NCBI GenBank assembly: GCA_965213675.1
Contig: OZ243916.1
Span: 224,001 to 288,000 of the forward strand
Source: an uncultured Candidatus Binatia bacterium
GTDB taxonomy: Bacteria > Desulfobacterota > Binatia > UBA9968 > JAJDTQ01
Length of the DNA stretch: 64,000 nucleotides
Direction of reading: 5' to 3'
The position numbers were made by a program, and so were the translations under genes. Positions 41,770 through 51,874 of this stretch are shown piece by piece (the stretch's first letter is position 1; every line of letters starts with the position of its first letter). Under the pieces are notes generated by a model, which made no database searches, was not told where the DNA came from, and saw only the letters and a program-made list of their open reading frames with translations.

Positions 41770-42732
41770 ATGATTGGGAAACTCTTGGTCGTTGTGGCAG
41801 CGCTTGTGACGCTCTCCGCATGTGGAGGGAGCGACGACGCGCCGGTGAACCCGCCCGTGGTCCAGCCGCCGGTGTCCGCGCCTGTCCCCGCCGCCGTGGT
41901 GGCCACGCACCTGGAGATGACCGACCAGGTGTTCGCGATCCGCGACCCGGATCGAGTGGTCGCCCAGGACCGGGAATCCGCGGGCGCGCCGTCATACACC
42001 CGTACCCGGCGCGACGAGATCGTGTGCGGGGGCGGCGTCTCGTGCGTTTTCCCGGCCGGCGCCGGCGGCGGGCGGAATATCCTGGACGGCGTGTCTCACC
42101 CTCGGAGTGAGGCACGGGACGCCTCCATCGGATTCCATCAGCGCGTCCTGGCTTCGGCGACACCCGTCGGGCGGGTCGGCGGCGTCCGGGCCTTCCGGGT
42201 CGACGTCCAGGGGCCGTTGGCCGAGGTCTACGGCGGCTGGGGCGACTCGAGCGCCTGGTACGCGGTGTGGGAACGCGACGACCGCAACGCGGTGGACCTC
42301 ACTTGGAGCGCCGCCTTTGGGGACCTTGCCGGCGCGCGCCCGACGGCGTTGCAGGGCTCGGCCGTGTGGCGCGGCGGGATGGTCGGGCGCACCCGCGATG
42401 GCGCTGTCGAATTGGAAGGCGGCTCGCAGCTCGTCTACAACTTCGCCGACAACACGGTGGACCTGACGCTGGACGACATCACCACCTCGAACCGGGCGGA
42501 GGACCAGGGTCGGGTCTATGGGGGCGACGCCTTGTTTGTATGGTTGGATCTGCCGGTTGCGCCCGACGGCACGTTCGGCGCACCGGAGGGCGGCAACGAT
42601 CGTCCCGGCACCGACCTTCATCCCGTCCTGGGTCAGGTAGAGGGGGGATTCTACGGGCCTCAGGCTACAGAGGCCGCCGGCGTGTTCGATCGCGACGATG
42701 TCGCCGGCGCCTTCGGCGCTCGCCGCGAGTAG
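41770..42732 (+). CDS. lipoprotein with TbpB/HpuA-like C-terminal beta-barrel
   Basis: LSAC lipobox, Pro-rich linker, GSAVWRG..., GGFYGP.A.EAAGVF....AGAFGARR. Confidence 0.75.
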   Translation: MIGKLLVVVAALVTLSACGGSDDAPVNPPVVQPPVSAPVPAAVVATHLEMTDQVFAIRDPDRVVAQDRESAGAPSYTRTRRDEIVCGGGVSCVFPAGAGGGRNILDGVSHPRSEARDASIGFHQRVLASATPVGRVGGVRAFRVDVQGPLAEVYGGWGDSSAWYAVWERDDRNAVDLTWSAAFGDLAGARPTALQGSAVWRGGMVGRTRDGAVELEGGSQLVYNFADNTVDLTLDDITTSNRAEDQGRVYGGDALFVWLDLPVAPDGTFGAPEGGNDRPGTDLHPVLGQVEGGFYGPQATEAAGVFDRDDVAGAFGARRE

Positions 42733-42794
42733 GTCTGGAATCCATGTAATTGAGTGGGCTTCCGTCACGCGCCGGTTCCGGCCGGGCGCGCCTT

Positions 42795-44819
42795 TTACTG
42801 GAAGGCCTTGACGTAGGCGCGCTGGAGCCGTTCTACCCGGCTGGTATACATCAGGCCGATGCGGGCGAAGGCTTCGAGGGTGGCGCCGTCTCCTTGGTCC
42901 ATGGGGAAGTGGACGACCTTGGGAAAGCGGCGGACCTCCTTCTGCGACTCCTCGTTCAGATGCTCTACCACCTGTTGCAGTTCCTCACGCCCCGCCAGCA
43001 CCTTGTTGAGGATCGGGAGCACCAGCACGTCGGCTTTGTCCTGTATGCGTGACAGGGCGGCGCTGGCCACTGGCACCACGTCGATGTCGAGGTCGGAAAG
43101 AAAGTGGCTGAGGCGCTGGCCCACCTTGTCCTTGAGGAAAGCCTCGGGCACGGCCACGGCGTTGCGCAGCCGCCGCCGCATCCAGCGCCAGCGGGCGCCG
43201 GGGTACAACTCGCGCCGCAGCTTGCGCAGGTAATCCTTGCTCAACTCGCCCCAGGTGTGCTCCGCGGTCACGTTCTCGGCAAAGGGCGCCGCCGCCACCG
43301 TCTCGGGATCCCCATGGGTCTTGTCGACGTAGTCGTGGAAATGCTTCTCGGAGATCATGTAGCTGATGGCGTAATCCAGTTTTTCGAAGTTGGGATGCGG
43401 CCACATGATCTGGCGCAGGGCCCTGAGGAAGAAGCGCCGCCGCGGGCGGTCCGTGGTGAAGACATAGTGCCCGATCGCCTTGGCCAGGATGCCGAGGGTC
43501 TCGCGATCCAGCTTGTTGCCGCGGCCGCGGCGCGTGTACTCGGGCCGGAAGTGCCGAATGCCCTGGGCCAGGCGGGCGCCGTAGTTCTCGTACTTGTAGA
43601 GGCTCCGGATAAGCCAGTTGTAGCCTTGCTGCACCTCTTCGATGCTCATCAGCTTGGGCACGAAGTTCAGATCCGCGGAGCCGTGGCCCATCATCTGCGC
43701 GGAGTCGTAGGGGATCAGCCGGCCTTCCTTCTCCATGCGCTCGTAGAGGGGCGTCTTCTCGATGGCCGTGAGTACGCCGCTGGTGGTGAAGGCGATGCCG
43801 GCCTCCTGCAGAAAATCGAACTGCTCCCGAAAGATGTCCTTGTCGTCGTTGTCGAAGCCGACGATCATTCCCGCCAGAATGGCCATGTTGTGGGACTGGA
43901 TCTTGCGGATGCTCTCCATCAGCGGGCTGGTGGTGTTCTGCCGTTTCTGTGTCTCTGTCAGGCTTGCCACCCGCGGCGACTCGATGCCCAGGAACATGCT
44001 GGTGAAGTTGGCGTCGTGCAGCAACTGCAGCAGCCTGGGCTTCTCGGCCACGTTGATGGTCATCTCGCAGGAAAAGTTGATGGGGAAGCCCTTGGCGCGC
44101 CCGAACTCCGCCACCCCGGTGAGCAATTGTTCGGCGTAGCGCTGGTTGCCGATAAGGTTGGCGTCGGAGAAGCTGATGTGCCGCCCGCCCACGGCCTCGA
44201 CGGCTTCGATCTCCGCGATGACGTGCTCCACGCTCTTGGTGCGCGGCACGCGTCCGTCGGTGATGATGATATCGCAGAACTCGCACTTGAACGGACAGCC
44301 TCGGGTGGTCTGCAGGAAGTAGTAGAGGTAGTCGTCGCGGGACGCCAGATCCACCCGCGGCACCGGCGACAGCGTGATGTCGACGTTGCCCTCCTGCTTG
44401 TAGAGGGACTGGGTCTTGCCGGTGCGGAGGTCATCGCAGAACTGCGGCCAGGTGATCTCCACCTCGCCGTCGAACACCACGTCGAAGAGCCCGTCGGTAA
44501 AACGCTCCGGGCACAGGGATGGGTAGGGGCCGCCCACCACCACCGTCTTGCCGCGCTTGCGGAACGCCTCGGCGATGTGCCGGGCGCGGTTGTACTGGAT
44601 ATTCCAGCACGAGATGGCCACCACGTCGGCGTCGGCGTCGAAATCGAGCGGCCGGACGTTCTCGTCCTGAAGCGCGACATCGAAGTCGGGCGGCGTCAGC
44701 GCGGCCACGGTGAGGAGGCCCAGCGGGGTCTGTGCGCAACGCTGCGGGAGGATGTCGGTAATGCCGGTCAGGCGCCACAGGGAGTTCGGGAAGCGCGGAT
44801 TGACGAACAGGATCTTCAT
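42795..44819 (-). CDS. B12-binding radical SAM protein (DUF4070/HpnP-like) with extra C-terminal domain
   Basis: PLGLLTVAALTP, GGPYPS, RGCPFKCEFC, GMIVGFDND. Confidence 0.88.
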   Translation of the reverse strand: MKILFVNPRFPNSLWRLTGITDILPQRCAQTPLGLLTVAALTPPDFDVALQDENVRPLDFDADADVVAISCWNIQYNRARHIAEAFRKRGKTVVVGGPYPSLCPERFTDGLFDVVFDGEVEITWPQFCDDLRTGKTQSLYKQEGNVDITLSPVPRVDLASRDDYLYYFLQTTRGCPFKCEFCDIIITDGRVPRTKSVEHVIAEIEAVEAVGGRHISFSDANLIGNQRYAEQLLTGVAEFGRAKGFPINFSCEMTINVAEKPRLLQLLHDANFTSMFLGIESPRVASLTETQKRQNTTSPLMESIRKIQSHNMAILAGMIVGFDNDDKDIFREQFDFLQEAGIAFTTSGVLTAIEKTPLYERMEKEGRLIPYDSAQMMGHGSADLNFVPKLMSIEEVQQGYNWLIRSLYKYENYGARLAQGIRHFRPEYTRRGRGNKLDRETLGILAKAIGHYVFTTDRPRRRFFLRALRQIMWPHPNFEKLDYAISYMISEKHFHDYVDKTHGDPETVAAAPFAENVTAEHTWGELSKDYLRKLRRELYPGARWRWMRRRLRNAVAVPEAFLKDKVGQRLSHFLSDLDIDVVPVASAALSRIQDKADVLVLPILNKVLAGREELQQVVEHLNEESQKEVRRFPKVVHFPMDQGDGATLEAFARIGLMYTSRVERLQRAYVKAFQ

Positions 44820-45010
44820 GACGTGCTTTTCCTCATGCGGTCGCTGTCTCCGGGTTTCCCTTTTTGTTCCCGAACGAGTTTAGTGATAATGTGCGTGAGA
44901 CAGTCTGATGCAGATAATAGGTTTTCCGCCACGTTATCAGCCGTTCAAGCGGGATGTCAAGATGGATTTCGTGGTTTTCCCGCGCTTTCTCGGGGCCTCC
45001 ATCGATGTCC

Positions 45011-45697
45011 ATGATTCAACTCCACAATGTCTCCAGGGTGTATTCGCGGGACAACGCGGGAGTCAGGGACGTCACGTTCCACGTCGAGGCGGGCGAGTTC
45101 CTGTTCGTGTGTGGTCCGAGCGGCGCCGGGAAGACCACGCTGCTGCGCTTGCTGTTCCGCTCCGAGCAGACCACCGAGGGTCAGATCCTCGTCAACGGAC
45201 GCAACATCACGCGCCTCACGGGGCGGGGACTGGCGGCCTACCGGAGGAGGCTGGGACTCGTTTTCCAGGACTTCAAGCTCATCCCGCACATGACCGCGCT
45301 GGAGAACGTCTCGCTGGCGGCCGACGTGGTCGGCGTCCCCTGGCGCCAGAGCCGACGCCGGGCCTTCCGGCTGCTGACCGAACTCGGGCTCAAGGACAAG
45401 TACGGCGTTTTGCCGCCAGCGCTGTCCGGCGGCGAGCAGCAGCGGGTGGCCATAGCCCGGGCTCTGGTGAACGACCCCGAACTCGTGCTGGCGGACGAGC
45501 CCACGGGGAACCTCGACCCCGAGAGGGCGGCGGAAAGCCTGCGGCTCTTTGAGCGCATCAACGAGGAAGGCACCACCGTGCTCATCGCCACCCATGACCC
45601 GCGTCTGTTGCGCGGCTTCGATGGCCGCGTTCTGCTGATGCGCCAGGGTCGGCTGCTGGGGCGCGAGGACCTGGAACCGGCGGCCCCGGCGCCATGA
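45011..45697 (+). CDS. ftsE: cell division ATP-binding protein
   Basis: GPSGAGKTT, VFQDFKL, LSGGEQQRVAIARA, ADEPTGNLD; upstream of ftsX. Confidence 0.9.
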   Translation: MIQLHNVSRVYSRDNAGVRDVTFHVEAGEFLFVCGPSGAGKTTLLRLLFRSEQTTEGQILVNGRNITRLTGRGLAAYRRRLGLVFQDFKLIPHMTALENVSLAADVVGVPWRQSRRRAFRLLTELGLKDKYGVLPPALSGGEQQRVAIARALVNDPELVLADEPTGNLDPERAAESLRLFERINEEGTTVLIATHDPRLLRGFDGRVLLMRQGRLLGREDLEPAAPAP

Positions 45698-46590
45698 GGC
45701 TCGCCCACATCGTCTTCGTCGCCGGGCGCGTGGTACGGAGCCTGAAGGAGCTTTTCTGGACCCACCTGCTGACCGCCGGCGTCATGGCCATGATCCTGCT
45801 GGTGTTCGGCGGCTTCCTGCTGATCCAGGAGAACCTCGGTCGAATGGTGCGCGGGTGGGGCGAGGAACTCCACGTGTTCGTCTATCTGGACGACGAGGTG
45901 GACGCCGCCGCCGCGACGGAACTGCGGGCGCGGCTGGAGAGTTTCCCGGAGGTGCGCGCCGCGCGTTACGTTTCCCGAGAGCGCGCATGGGAAGATTTCA
46001 AGAATGCCCTGGGTTCGCAGTCGGGGATCCTGGAGGGCCTGGACCCGGCGATGCTGCCGGCGTCCCTGGAGTTGGAAGTGCGCGCCGGCTACCGGTCGCG
46101 TGATGCCGTGGCGCGGCTGGTGGAACGGCTGGAGGCGCAGGAGGGAGTCCAGGATGTGGAATATCCCGAGACCTGGCTGGAACGGCTGCGGCTGCTGCGG
46201 GTGGGCATGGAGTGGCTCAAGTGGGTGCTCGGCGGGGTCCTGTTCCTGGTGGCCTTTCTGATCGTCGGCAGCACCATCAAGCTGGCCATCGTGGCGCGGC
46301 GGGACGAGATCGAGGTCATGCAACTGGTGGGGGCCGGCGCCGGGCTGATCAAGGCGCCGTTCGTCATCGAGGGAATGATTCAGGGGCTGGTGGGAGGCGC
46401 GCTCGCCCTCGGGTTGCTGCAGGCGGCATTCTCGCTTCTCGGCGCGGAACTGCTGGCTTCGTTCGGGCCGCTGGCCGCCGGCATCCAGTTTGCTTTTCTG
46501 GACTCCCGGCAATGCGTGGAACTGCTTCTTCTGGGTTGGCTTCTGGGAACCGCCGGCAGCGTGCTGTCGGTGAGGCGTTTTCTGACCTGA
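45694..46590 (+). CDS. ftsX: cell division permease
   Basis: RRDEIEVMQLVGA....IKAPF..EG; 4 TM segments. Confidence 0.9.
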   Translation: MRLAHIVFVAGRVVRSLKELFWTHLLTAGVMAMILLVFGGFLLIQENLGRMVRGWGEELHVFVYLDDEVDAAAATELRARLESFPEVRAARYVSRERAWEDFKNALGSQSGILEGLDPAMLPASLELEVRAGYRSRDAVARLVERLEAQEGVQDVEYPETWLERLRLLRVGMEWLKWVLGGVLFLVAFLIVGSTIKLAIVARRDEIEVMQLVGAGAGLIKAPFVIEGMIQGLVGGALALGLLQAAFSLLGAELLASFGPLAAGIQFAFLDSRQCVELLLLGWLLGTAGSVLSVRRFLT

Positions 46591-46592
46591 CG

Positions 46593-46748
46593 CGAGTGTC
46601 ATGTCCGGCGACTTCACGCGACTGCCTGCTGATCCTGTGGGCGCTGGCGCCCGCCAGCTGCGTGGCGTTATCGCGCCTGGCGCCCGCCACCGCTCGTCAA
46701 CGCGCCTTTCCGGCAACCGGATCTTCGGCGTAACCGGTGTCACACAGG
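46593..46748 (-). repeat. heavily decayed F1 element between ftsX and envC
   Basis: GCTGCGTGGCGTTATCGCGCCTGGCGCCCGCCACCGCTCGTCAACGCGCCTTTCCGGCAAC aligns by eye to the F1 core; degenerate termini AGTGTCATGTCCGG / CCGGTGTCACACAG. Confidence 0.65.
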
Positions 46749-46834
46749 GTACGAATTCGCGGGACGGGGCACGGGCGTCCCGAAGGCGCCTGTCCCGCTG
46801 GCGTTTCTCAAGAGCCTTTACCGTCGCCGGCCGC

Positions 46835-47986
46835 GTGGGCGCGGCGCTCGCGGTGTGCCTCTGCCTGGGTTCCCCGGCGCCGGCCCGGGCGCGGGACCCG
46901 GGCGAGTTGGCGGAGTTGCAGGAGCGTATCGCCGAGGGGCGCGTCACCCTGGACAAGGCCCAGCGCCGCGAAGCCTCCGTGCAGGAGGTGCTCGACGGTC
47001 TTGAAGTCGCCCTGGAGCGCCGGACGCGCCGGCTCGAGACTCTGAACGCACGCCTGAAACAGCGCGAGCAGGAGTTCAAAGCGGCGGAGCGGGAGGCGTC
47101 CGAGGCCGCCGCGGCACTGCGGCAGGGGCGCCGGGCACTGGCGCCCCGGGCGCGGGCGCTCTACCGCTGGCAACGTTCCGGAACGCCATTCGTGTTGCTC
47201 AACGGCGAGTTGTCGATGCTGGAGTTGATGCGGCGCAAGCATTCGCTGGAGACGGTTTTGAGCCGGGATCAGGCGCTGATCGGACGGCTGGCGGACAACC
47301 TCCGGCGCAGCCGGGACACGCAAGGAACGGTGGAGGCCCGGCGCCGGGCGCTGGCGCGCGAGCGCGACCAGGTGGCGGCGCTGCGCGATGAGCTGAGGTC
47401 GGAGCAGGCGCACCGACAACAGACGTTGCGGACACTGCGGCGGGAGCGCCAACTGCGCGAGCGCGCCTTGCAGGACCTGCAACAGGCACTGAAACAGGCC
47501 GACCGCCGTCTGGAGGGCATCATCCGCGGTTCGGAGGAATCGCGCCGCGCGCCCGTGGCGAGTCCTGCCGGCGCGGTGGGCGACGGTCTGGTTCTGCCCG
47601 TGGACGGCAGGATCGTCAGCGGATTCGGCGTCCACAAGCACCCCGACCTGGACGTGGATGTGCACCGCCCCGGCATTGACATCGCCGCGCCGGGGGGAGC
47701 CGGGGTCCGGGCGGTGGAGCCGGGCCGGGTCCTGTTCGCGGATCGCTTGCCGGGTTACGGAAAGATGCTTATCCTCGACCACGGAAAGCGCCATTACACG
47801 GTGTACGGCCACCTTTCCGAACTGGCCAAGTCCGTGGGCGACCGCGTGGAGCGGGGCGAGCGCATCGCCCGATTGGGGGACGATCCGTCGTCCGGCCAGT
47901 CGAGGCTCTATTTTGAAATGCGCCGGAACGGCAAACCGGTGGACCCGCTCCCCTGGTTCCCGCGGGCGCGGGCTGGCCGGCGGTAG
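46835..47986 (+). CDS. envC: murein hydrolase activator EnvC-like (coiled coil plus M23 domain); start uncertain
   Basis: Long coiled coil, GIDIAAP, GYGK.LILDHG, YGHL, LYFE.R..G.PVDP. Confidence 0.82.
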   Translation: MGAALAVCLCLGSPAPARARDPGELAELQERIAEGRVTLDKAQRREASVQEVLDGLEVALERRTRRLETLNARLKQREQEFKAAEREASEAAAALRQGRRALAPRARALYRWQRSGTPFVLLNGELSMLELMRRKHSLETVLSRDQALIGRLADNLRRSRDTQGTVEARRRALARERDQVAALRDELRSEQAHRQQTLRTLRRERQLRERALQDLQQALKQADRRLEGIIRGSEESRRAPVASPAGAVGDGLVLPVDGRIVSGFGVHKHPDLDVDVHRPGIDIAAPGGAGVRAVEPGRVLFADRLPGYGKMLILDHGKRHYTVYGHLSELAKSVGDRVERGERIARLGDDPSSGQSRLYFEMRRNGKPVDPLPWFPRARAGRR

Positions 47987-48144
47987 GAGCTTGCGCCGCA
48001 GGAATTCGCGAAAGCAAAAAAGCGCTATCGCCGTCCCTTGGGTTGGTCGATTGAGGAGAATATCAGGTCATATTTGACGAAATCGAGCGGCCGAAGGGAC
48101 GGATGAGAGGCGACTTGCAGCCGTGAATTCCTGCGGCGCAAGCT
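47984..48144 (+). mobile_element. F2 MITE-like element (about 160 bp)
   Basis: Inverted termini AGCTTGCGCCGCAGGAATTC / GAATTCCTGCGGCGCAAGCT; begins at the envC TAG; homologous to 61209-61372. Confidence 0.85.
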
Positions 48145-48184
48145 GCTTTGGCAGCAGACGGAGTCGATGGGAGGAGACGACACG

Positions 48185-49495
48185 ATGAAGCCGTGGAATC
48201 GAGAGCGCCGCGTGTCCGGATGGTTCTGGGCCTTGGGCTGGGTACTTTTCGCGGCGGGGCTGGTGGCGCCGCGCGTCTCGGCCGTGGACTCCGGCGCGTA
48301 CCGCAGTCTGGAGAACTTCGCCAACATCCTCGCCATCGTGCAGCAGAGCTACGTGAAGGAGGTGGCGACGGAGAAGCTCGTGGATGGAGCGATCCAGGGC
48401 ATGCTGGAGTCCCTGGACCCCCACAGCAGCTACCTCACCGAGACCGCCTATCGCCGGCTTCAGACCGAAACCGAAGGGCGGTTCGGCGGCTTGGGGGTGG
48501 AGATCACCGTGCGCAACGGTCTCCTGACGGTGGTGTCGCCCATCGAGAACACCCCCGCCGCGCGCGCCGGCCTGCAGCCGGGCGATCAGATCGTCGGCAT
48601 CGACGACGAGACCACCGAGAACATGACGCTGTCCGATGCCGTCAAGCGGCTCCGCGGACCCAAGGACTCCAGCGTCACCCTGCAGGTGCGGCGCAAGGGC
48701 GAGGACAATCTGCTCACGTTCACCTTGGTGCGCGCCGTCATCGAGATCAACAGCGTGCGCGCGCTCGCCCTCGAACCGGGGTTCCTCTACTTGCGCATCG
48801 CGCAGTTCCAGGATCGCACCGGCGAGGACCTGAAGGGCGCCATGGCCCGGCATCAACCCGGCGAAGGGGCCTACAAGGGCGTGGTGCTCGACCTGCGCAA
48901 CAACCCGGGAGGGCTGCTCAGCCAGGCGGTGAGAGTTTCGGACATGTTCCTGGACTCCGGCCTGATCGTCTATACCGATGGACGCCAGAGTCAGAGCAAG
49001 CAGAAGTTTTCCGCCAGCCGCGAGGGCTCGCGGACGGACTTCCCCATGGTGGTGCTGGTGAACGGCGGCAGCGCCAGCGCGTCGGAGATCGTCGCCGGGG
49101 CGTTGCAGGATCACAAGCGCGCGCTGATTCTGGGAACTCAGACCTTCGGCAAGGGGTCGGTGCAGACCATCCTGCCCCTCGATGATCGCTCGGCCCTGCG
49201 CTTGACCACCGCGGAGTACTTCACGCCCAACGGGCGCTCGATACACGAGGTGGGCATCAAGCCGGACATCGTCATGGATCCCGCGCGCGCGCCGGCGTCG
49301 TCCGAGAGCGCCCCGGACGAGACCGCGGCGGTCGAGGCCGGCGCCCCGTCCGAAGCATCGCCGGAGGACGCCGCGCCGCGTGACGACCTGGCGCGGCGGC
49401 TCCGCAACGACCCCGAGATCGGGCGCGCGTTGGAGCTGCTCAAGGGTTGGGAAATGTTCCGTGGCCTCGCCGGCTCGGTCAAGGAAAAGACCTGA
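48185..49495 (+). CDS. S41 family C-terminal processing peptidase (CtpA-like)
   Basis: LDPHSSY, PDZ domain, DLRNNPGGLL, SASASEIVAGALQD, TFGKGSVQ. Confidence 0.93.
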   Translation: MKPWNRERRVSGWFWALGWVLFAAGLVAPRVSAVDSGAYRSLENFANILAIVQQSYVKEVATEKLVDGAIQGMLESLDPHSSYLTETAYRRLQTETEGRFGGLGVEITVRNGLLTVVSPIENTPAARAGLQPGDQIVGIDDETTENMTLSDAVKRLRGPKDSSVTLQVRRKGEDNLLTFTLVRAVIEINSVRALALEPGFLYLRIAQFQDRTGEDLKGAMARHQPGEGAYKGVVLDLRNNPGGLLSQAVRVSDMFLDSGLIVYTDGRQSQSKQKFSASREGSRTDFPMVVLVNGGSASASEIVAGALQDHKRALILGTQTFGKGSVQTILPLDDRSALRLTTAEYFTPNGRSIHEVGIKPDIVMDPARAPASSESAPDETAAVEAGAPSEASPEDAAPRDDLARRLRNDPEIGRALELLKGWEMFRGLAGSVKEKT

Positions 49496-49508
49496 GCCGC
49501 GCGTGGCG

Positions 49509-50777
49509 ATGTCGCGTTCTTTCCAATTTCCGTCCGCGGGACAGCCGGCCGAGATCCTCACGGTCAGCCGGTTGAACGAGATCATCCGGGACCGGCTGGA
49601 GACGGGGCTCGATGCCCTGTGGGTGGCCGGGGAACTGTCCAACGTACGCTTCGCGCCGTCGGGGCACGTCTACTTCACGCTCAAGGACGCGGAATCCCAG
49701 ATCGCGGCGGTGCTGTTCCGCCGCAATGCCGAGCGGCTGCGGTTCCGTCTGGAAGACGGCATGGAAGTGGTCTGCTCCGGCCGGGTGGGCCTGTACACGG
49801 TGCGCGGCGCGCTCCAGTTCTACGCCGTGGAGGTGGAAGCGCGCGGCAAGGGCGCGCTGACCGTCGCTTTCGAGCAGTTGAAGAAGCGCCTGTGGCAGGA
49901 AGGCCTGTTCGAGAGCGACCGGAAGAAGCCGCTGCCTTTCCTGCCGCGCGCCATCGGCATCGTCACCTCGCTTCGAGGCGCGGCCGTGCGCGACATGCTG
50001 AGCATCATCGGCGAGCGCTTCCCGGAACGCCGGGTGATCATCCGCCCGGTGAAAGTGCAGGGTCAGGGCGCCGCTCGGGAGATTGCCCAGGGGATACGGG
50101 AACTGGACGAGACCGGCATGGCGGACGTCATGATCGTCGGCCGCGGCGGCGGCTCGCTCGAGGACCTGTGGGCGTTCAACGAAGAGGCGGTGGCGCGCGC
50201 CATCGCCGCGGCGCGCACGCCCATCGTGTCCGCGGTGGGTCACGAGATCGACGTGACCATCGCCGACTTCGTGGCCGACCGGCGCGCGGCCACGCCCACG
50301 GCCGCGGCCGAGATGATTCTCCCCCGGCGGCGCGAGTTGGAAGAGCGGGTGACGCTGTGGGCGCGCCGGCTGCGGCGCGGGACCGAACTCCGCATGGAGC
50401 ACCGGCGCGAGAATCTGCGCCACTGGGCGCGCCGGCTGGCGGATCCCGGCCGCGGGCTGCGCCAGGGGCAGATGCGGCTGGACGAGTTGTCGCTGCGGCT
50501 GTGGCGGCGTCAGGAGGACGCGCTGCAGCGCCTGCGGGAACGGCTCGGCCACCTCGCCGGGCGGTTGGGCGGCGTCGATCCGCTGGCGGTGCTGCGGCGC
50601 GGCTACAGCATCGTGTACGAGGTTCCGGATGGGCGCATCGTCAAGGATGCCGCGTCCCTGCGCAAGGGCCAGCAGGTGCGGGTGGACTTCGCCGCGGGGC
50701 GGGCCATCTGTCAGGTGGAAGAGGTGGAGGCGCCGGATCAGGCCGGAGGACGCCGCGATGGATCGGAAATCTCTTGA
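49509..50777 (+). CDS. xseA: exodeoxyribonuclease VII large subunit
   Basis: SGHVYFTLKD, GRGGGSLEDLWAFNEE, SAVGHE.D, TPTAAAE. Confidence 0.95.
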   Translation: MSRSFQFPSAGQPAEILTVSRLNEIIRDRLETGLDALWVAGELSNVRFAPSGHVYFTLKDAESQIAAVLFRRNAERLRFRLEDGMEVVCSGRVGLYTVRGALQFYAVEVEARGKGALTVAFEQLKKRLWQEGLFESDRKKPLPFLPRAIGIVTSLRGAAVRDMLSIIGERFPERRVIIRPVKVQGQGAAREIAQGIRELDETGMADVMIVGRGGGSLEDLWAFNEEAVARAIAAARTPIVSAVGHEIDVTIADFVADRRAATPTAAAEMILPRRRELEERVTLWARRLRRGTELRMEHRRENLRHWARRLADPGRGLRQGQMRLDELSLRLWRRQEDALQRLRERLGHLAGRLGGVDPLAVLRRGYSIVYEVPDGRIVKDAASLRKGQQVRVDFAAGRAICQVEEVEAPDQAGGRRDGSEIS

Positions 50778-50788
50778 GGAGGATGGGA

Positions 50789-51049
50789 ATGTCTCGGGAC
50801 GAGAGCACGACGGAGGCGCCGGACGAACGCGGATTCGAGGAGTGCCTGCAGGCCCTGGAGAAGGTCGTGGAGCGCATCGAGAGCGGTGAGTTGAACCTCG
50901 ATGAATCGCTGGCCACCTTCGAGGAAGGCGTGCGCCTGGTGCGGTCCTGCAACCACAAGCTCGGCGAGGTCGAGCGGCGCATCGAGGTGCTGACCCAGGA
51001 CTCGGAGGGGCGTTCGCACCTGCGGGAACTGGTCGAGGAGGAAGATTGA
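50789..51049 (+). CDS. xseB: exodeoxyribonuclease VII small subunit
   Basis: FEE.L..LE.VV..IESGEL.LDESL..FEEG; GAGGAGG RBS. Confidence 0.92.
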   Translation: MSRDESTTEAPDERGFEECLQALEKVVERIESGELNLDESLATFEEGVRLVRSCNHKLGEVERRIEVLTQDSEGRSHLRELVEEED

Positions 51050-51834
51050 CCGCGAACCGGGAACGCCTCGATCGCCTGCTGGTGGCGTCTTCGCTGGCGC
51101 GCAGCCGCGAGCAGGCGCAGCGCTACATCCTCGCGGGCACGGTGCTGGTGGACGACGCGCCGGTGACCAAGGCCGGCGCCCTGGTCCGGCGCGACGCGCA
51201 TCTCCGGGTGAAGGCGACCGCGCGTTACGCGAGCCGTGGCGGCGAGAAGCTCGAGGCGGCCCTGGCGCGCTTTGGCGTGAACCCGTCGAGCCGGGTGGCG
51301 CTGGACGTGGGCGCGTCCAGCGGGGGATTCACCGACTGTCTGCTGGCCCACGGCGCGGCCAGGGTACACGCGGTGGACGTGGGTTACGGCCAGCTCGACT
51401 GGCGCCTGCGGCAGGATCCGCGCGTGGTCGTGCTGGAGCGCACCAACATTCGTCATCTCCAGCCGGACGCATTGGCCGAAGCACCGGATCTCGCGGTGGT
51501 GGACGTCTCGTTCATATCGTTGCGTCTCGTGCTGCCGCGGGTGTGTTGCCTGCTCAAGCCGCCGTTCGAGATCGTGGCGCTCATCAAACCGCAGTTCGAG
51601 GTGGGCAAGGGACGCGTGGGGAAGGGCGGCGTGGTGCGTTCGGAGGACGAGCACCGGCGCGTGGTCGGGGAGATCGAGGCCGCGGTGGACGCCCTCGGGC
51701 TGGAGCGCCGGCCGGTGGTTCCGTCCCCGTTGCTGGGCCCCAAGGGCAACCGGGAATTCTTCATCCACGCACTGGCGCCGGCGCTCTGGAGCGCGGTCTC
51801 AAAAGCGTCTGCCGGGCTTGACTTGGGTGGCTGA
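51046..51834 (+). CDS. tlyA: TlyA family rRNA 2'-O-methyltransferase
   Basis: S4 domain, SRGGEKL, LDVGAS.GGFTD, DVSFISL, LIKPQFE. Confidence 0.93.
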   Translation: MTANRERLDRLLVASSLARSREQAQRYILAGTVLVDDAPVTKAGALVRRDAHLRVKATARYASRGGEKLEAALARFGVNPSSRVALDVGASSGGFTDCLLAHGAARVHAVDVGYGQLDWRLRQDPRVVVLERTNIRHLQPDALAEAPDLAVVDVSFISLRLVLPRVCCLLKPPFEIVALIKPQFEVGKGRVGKGGVVRSEDEHRRVVGEIEAAVDALGLERRPVVPSPLLGPKGNREFFIHALAPALWSAVSKASAGLDLGG

Positions 51835-51845
51835 TTGGCTATAGT
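51818..51845 (+). promoter_or_regulatory. putative sigma70 promoter for the rpsU operon
   Basis: TTGACT-N16-TATAGT about 30 nt before rpsU. Confidence 0.6.
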
Positions 51846-51874
51846 TCGACTGACTCAAGGAGTGGAACCAACCT

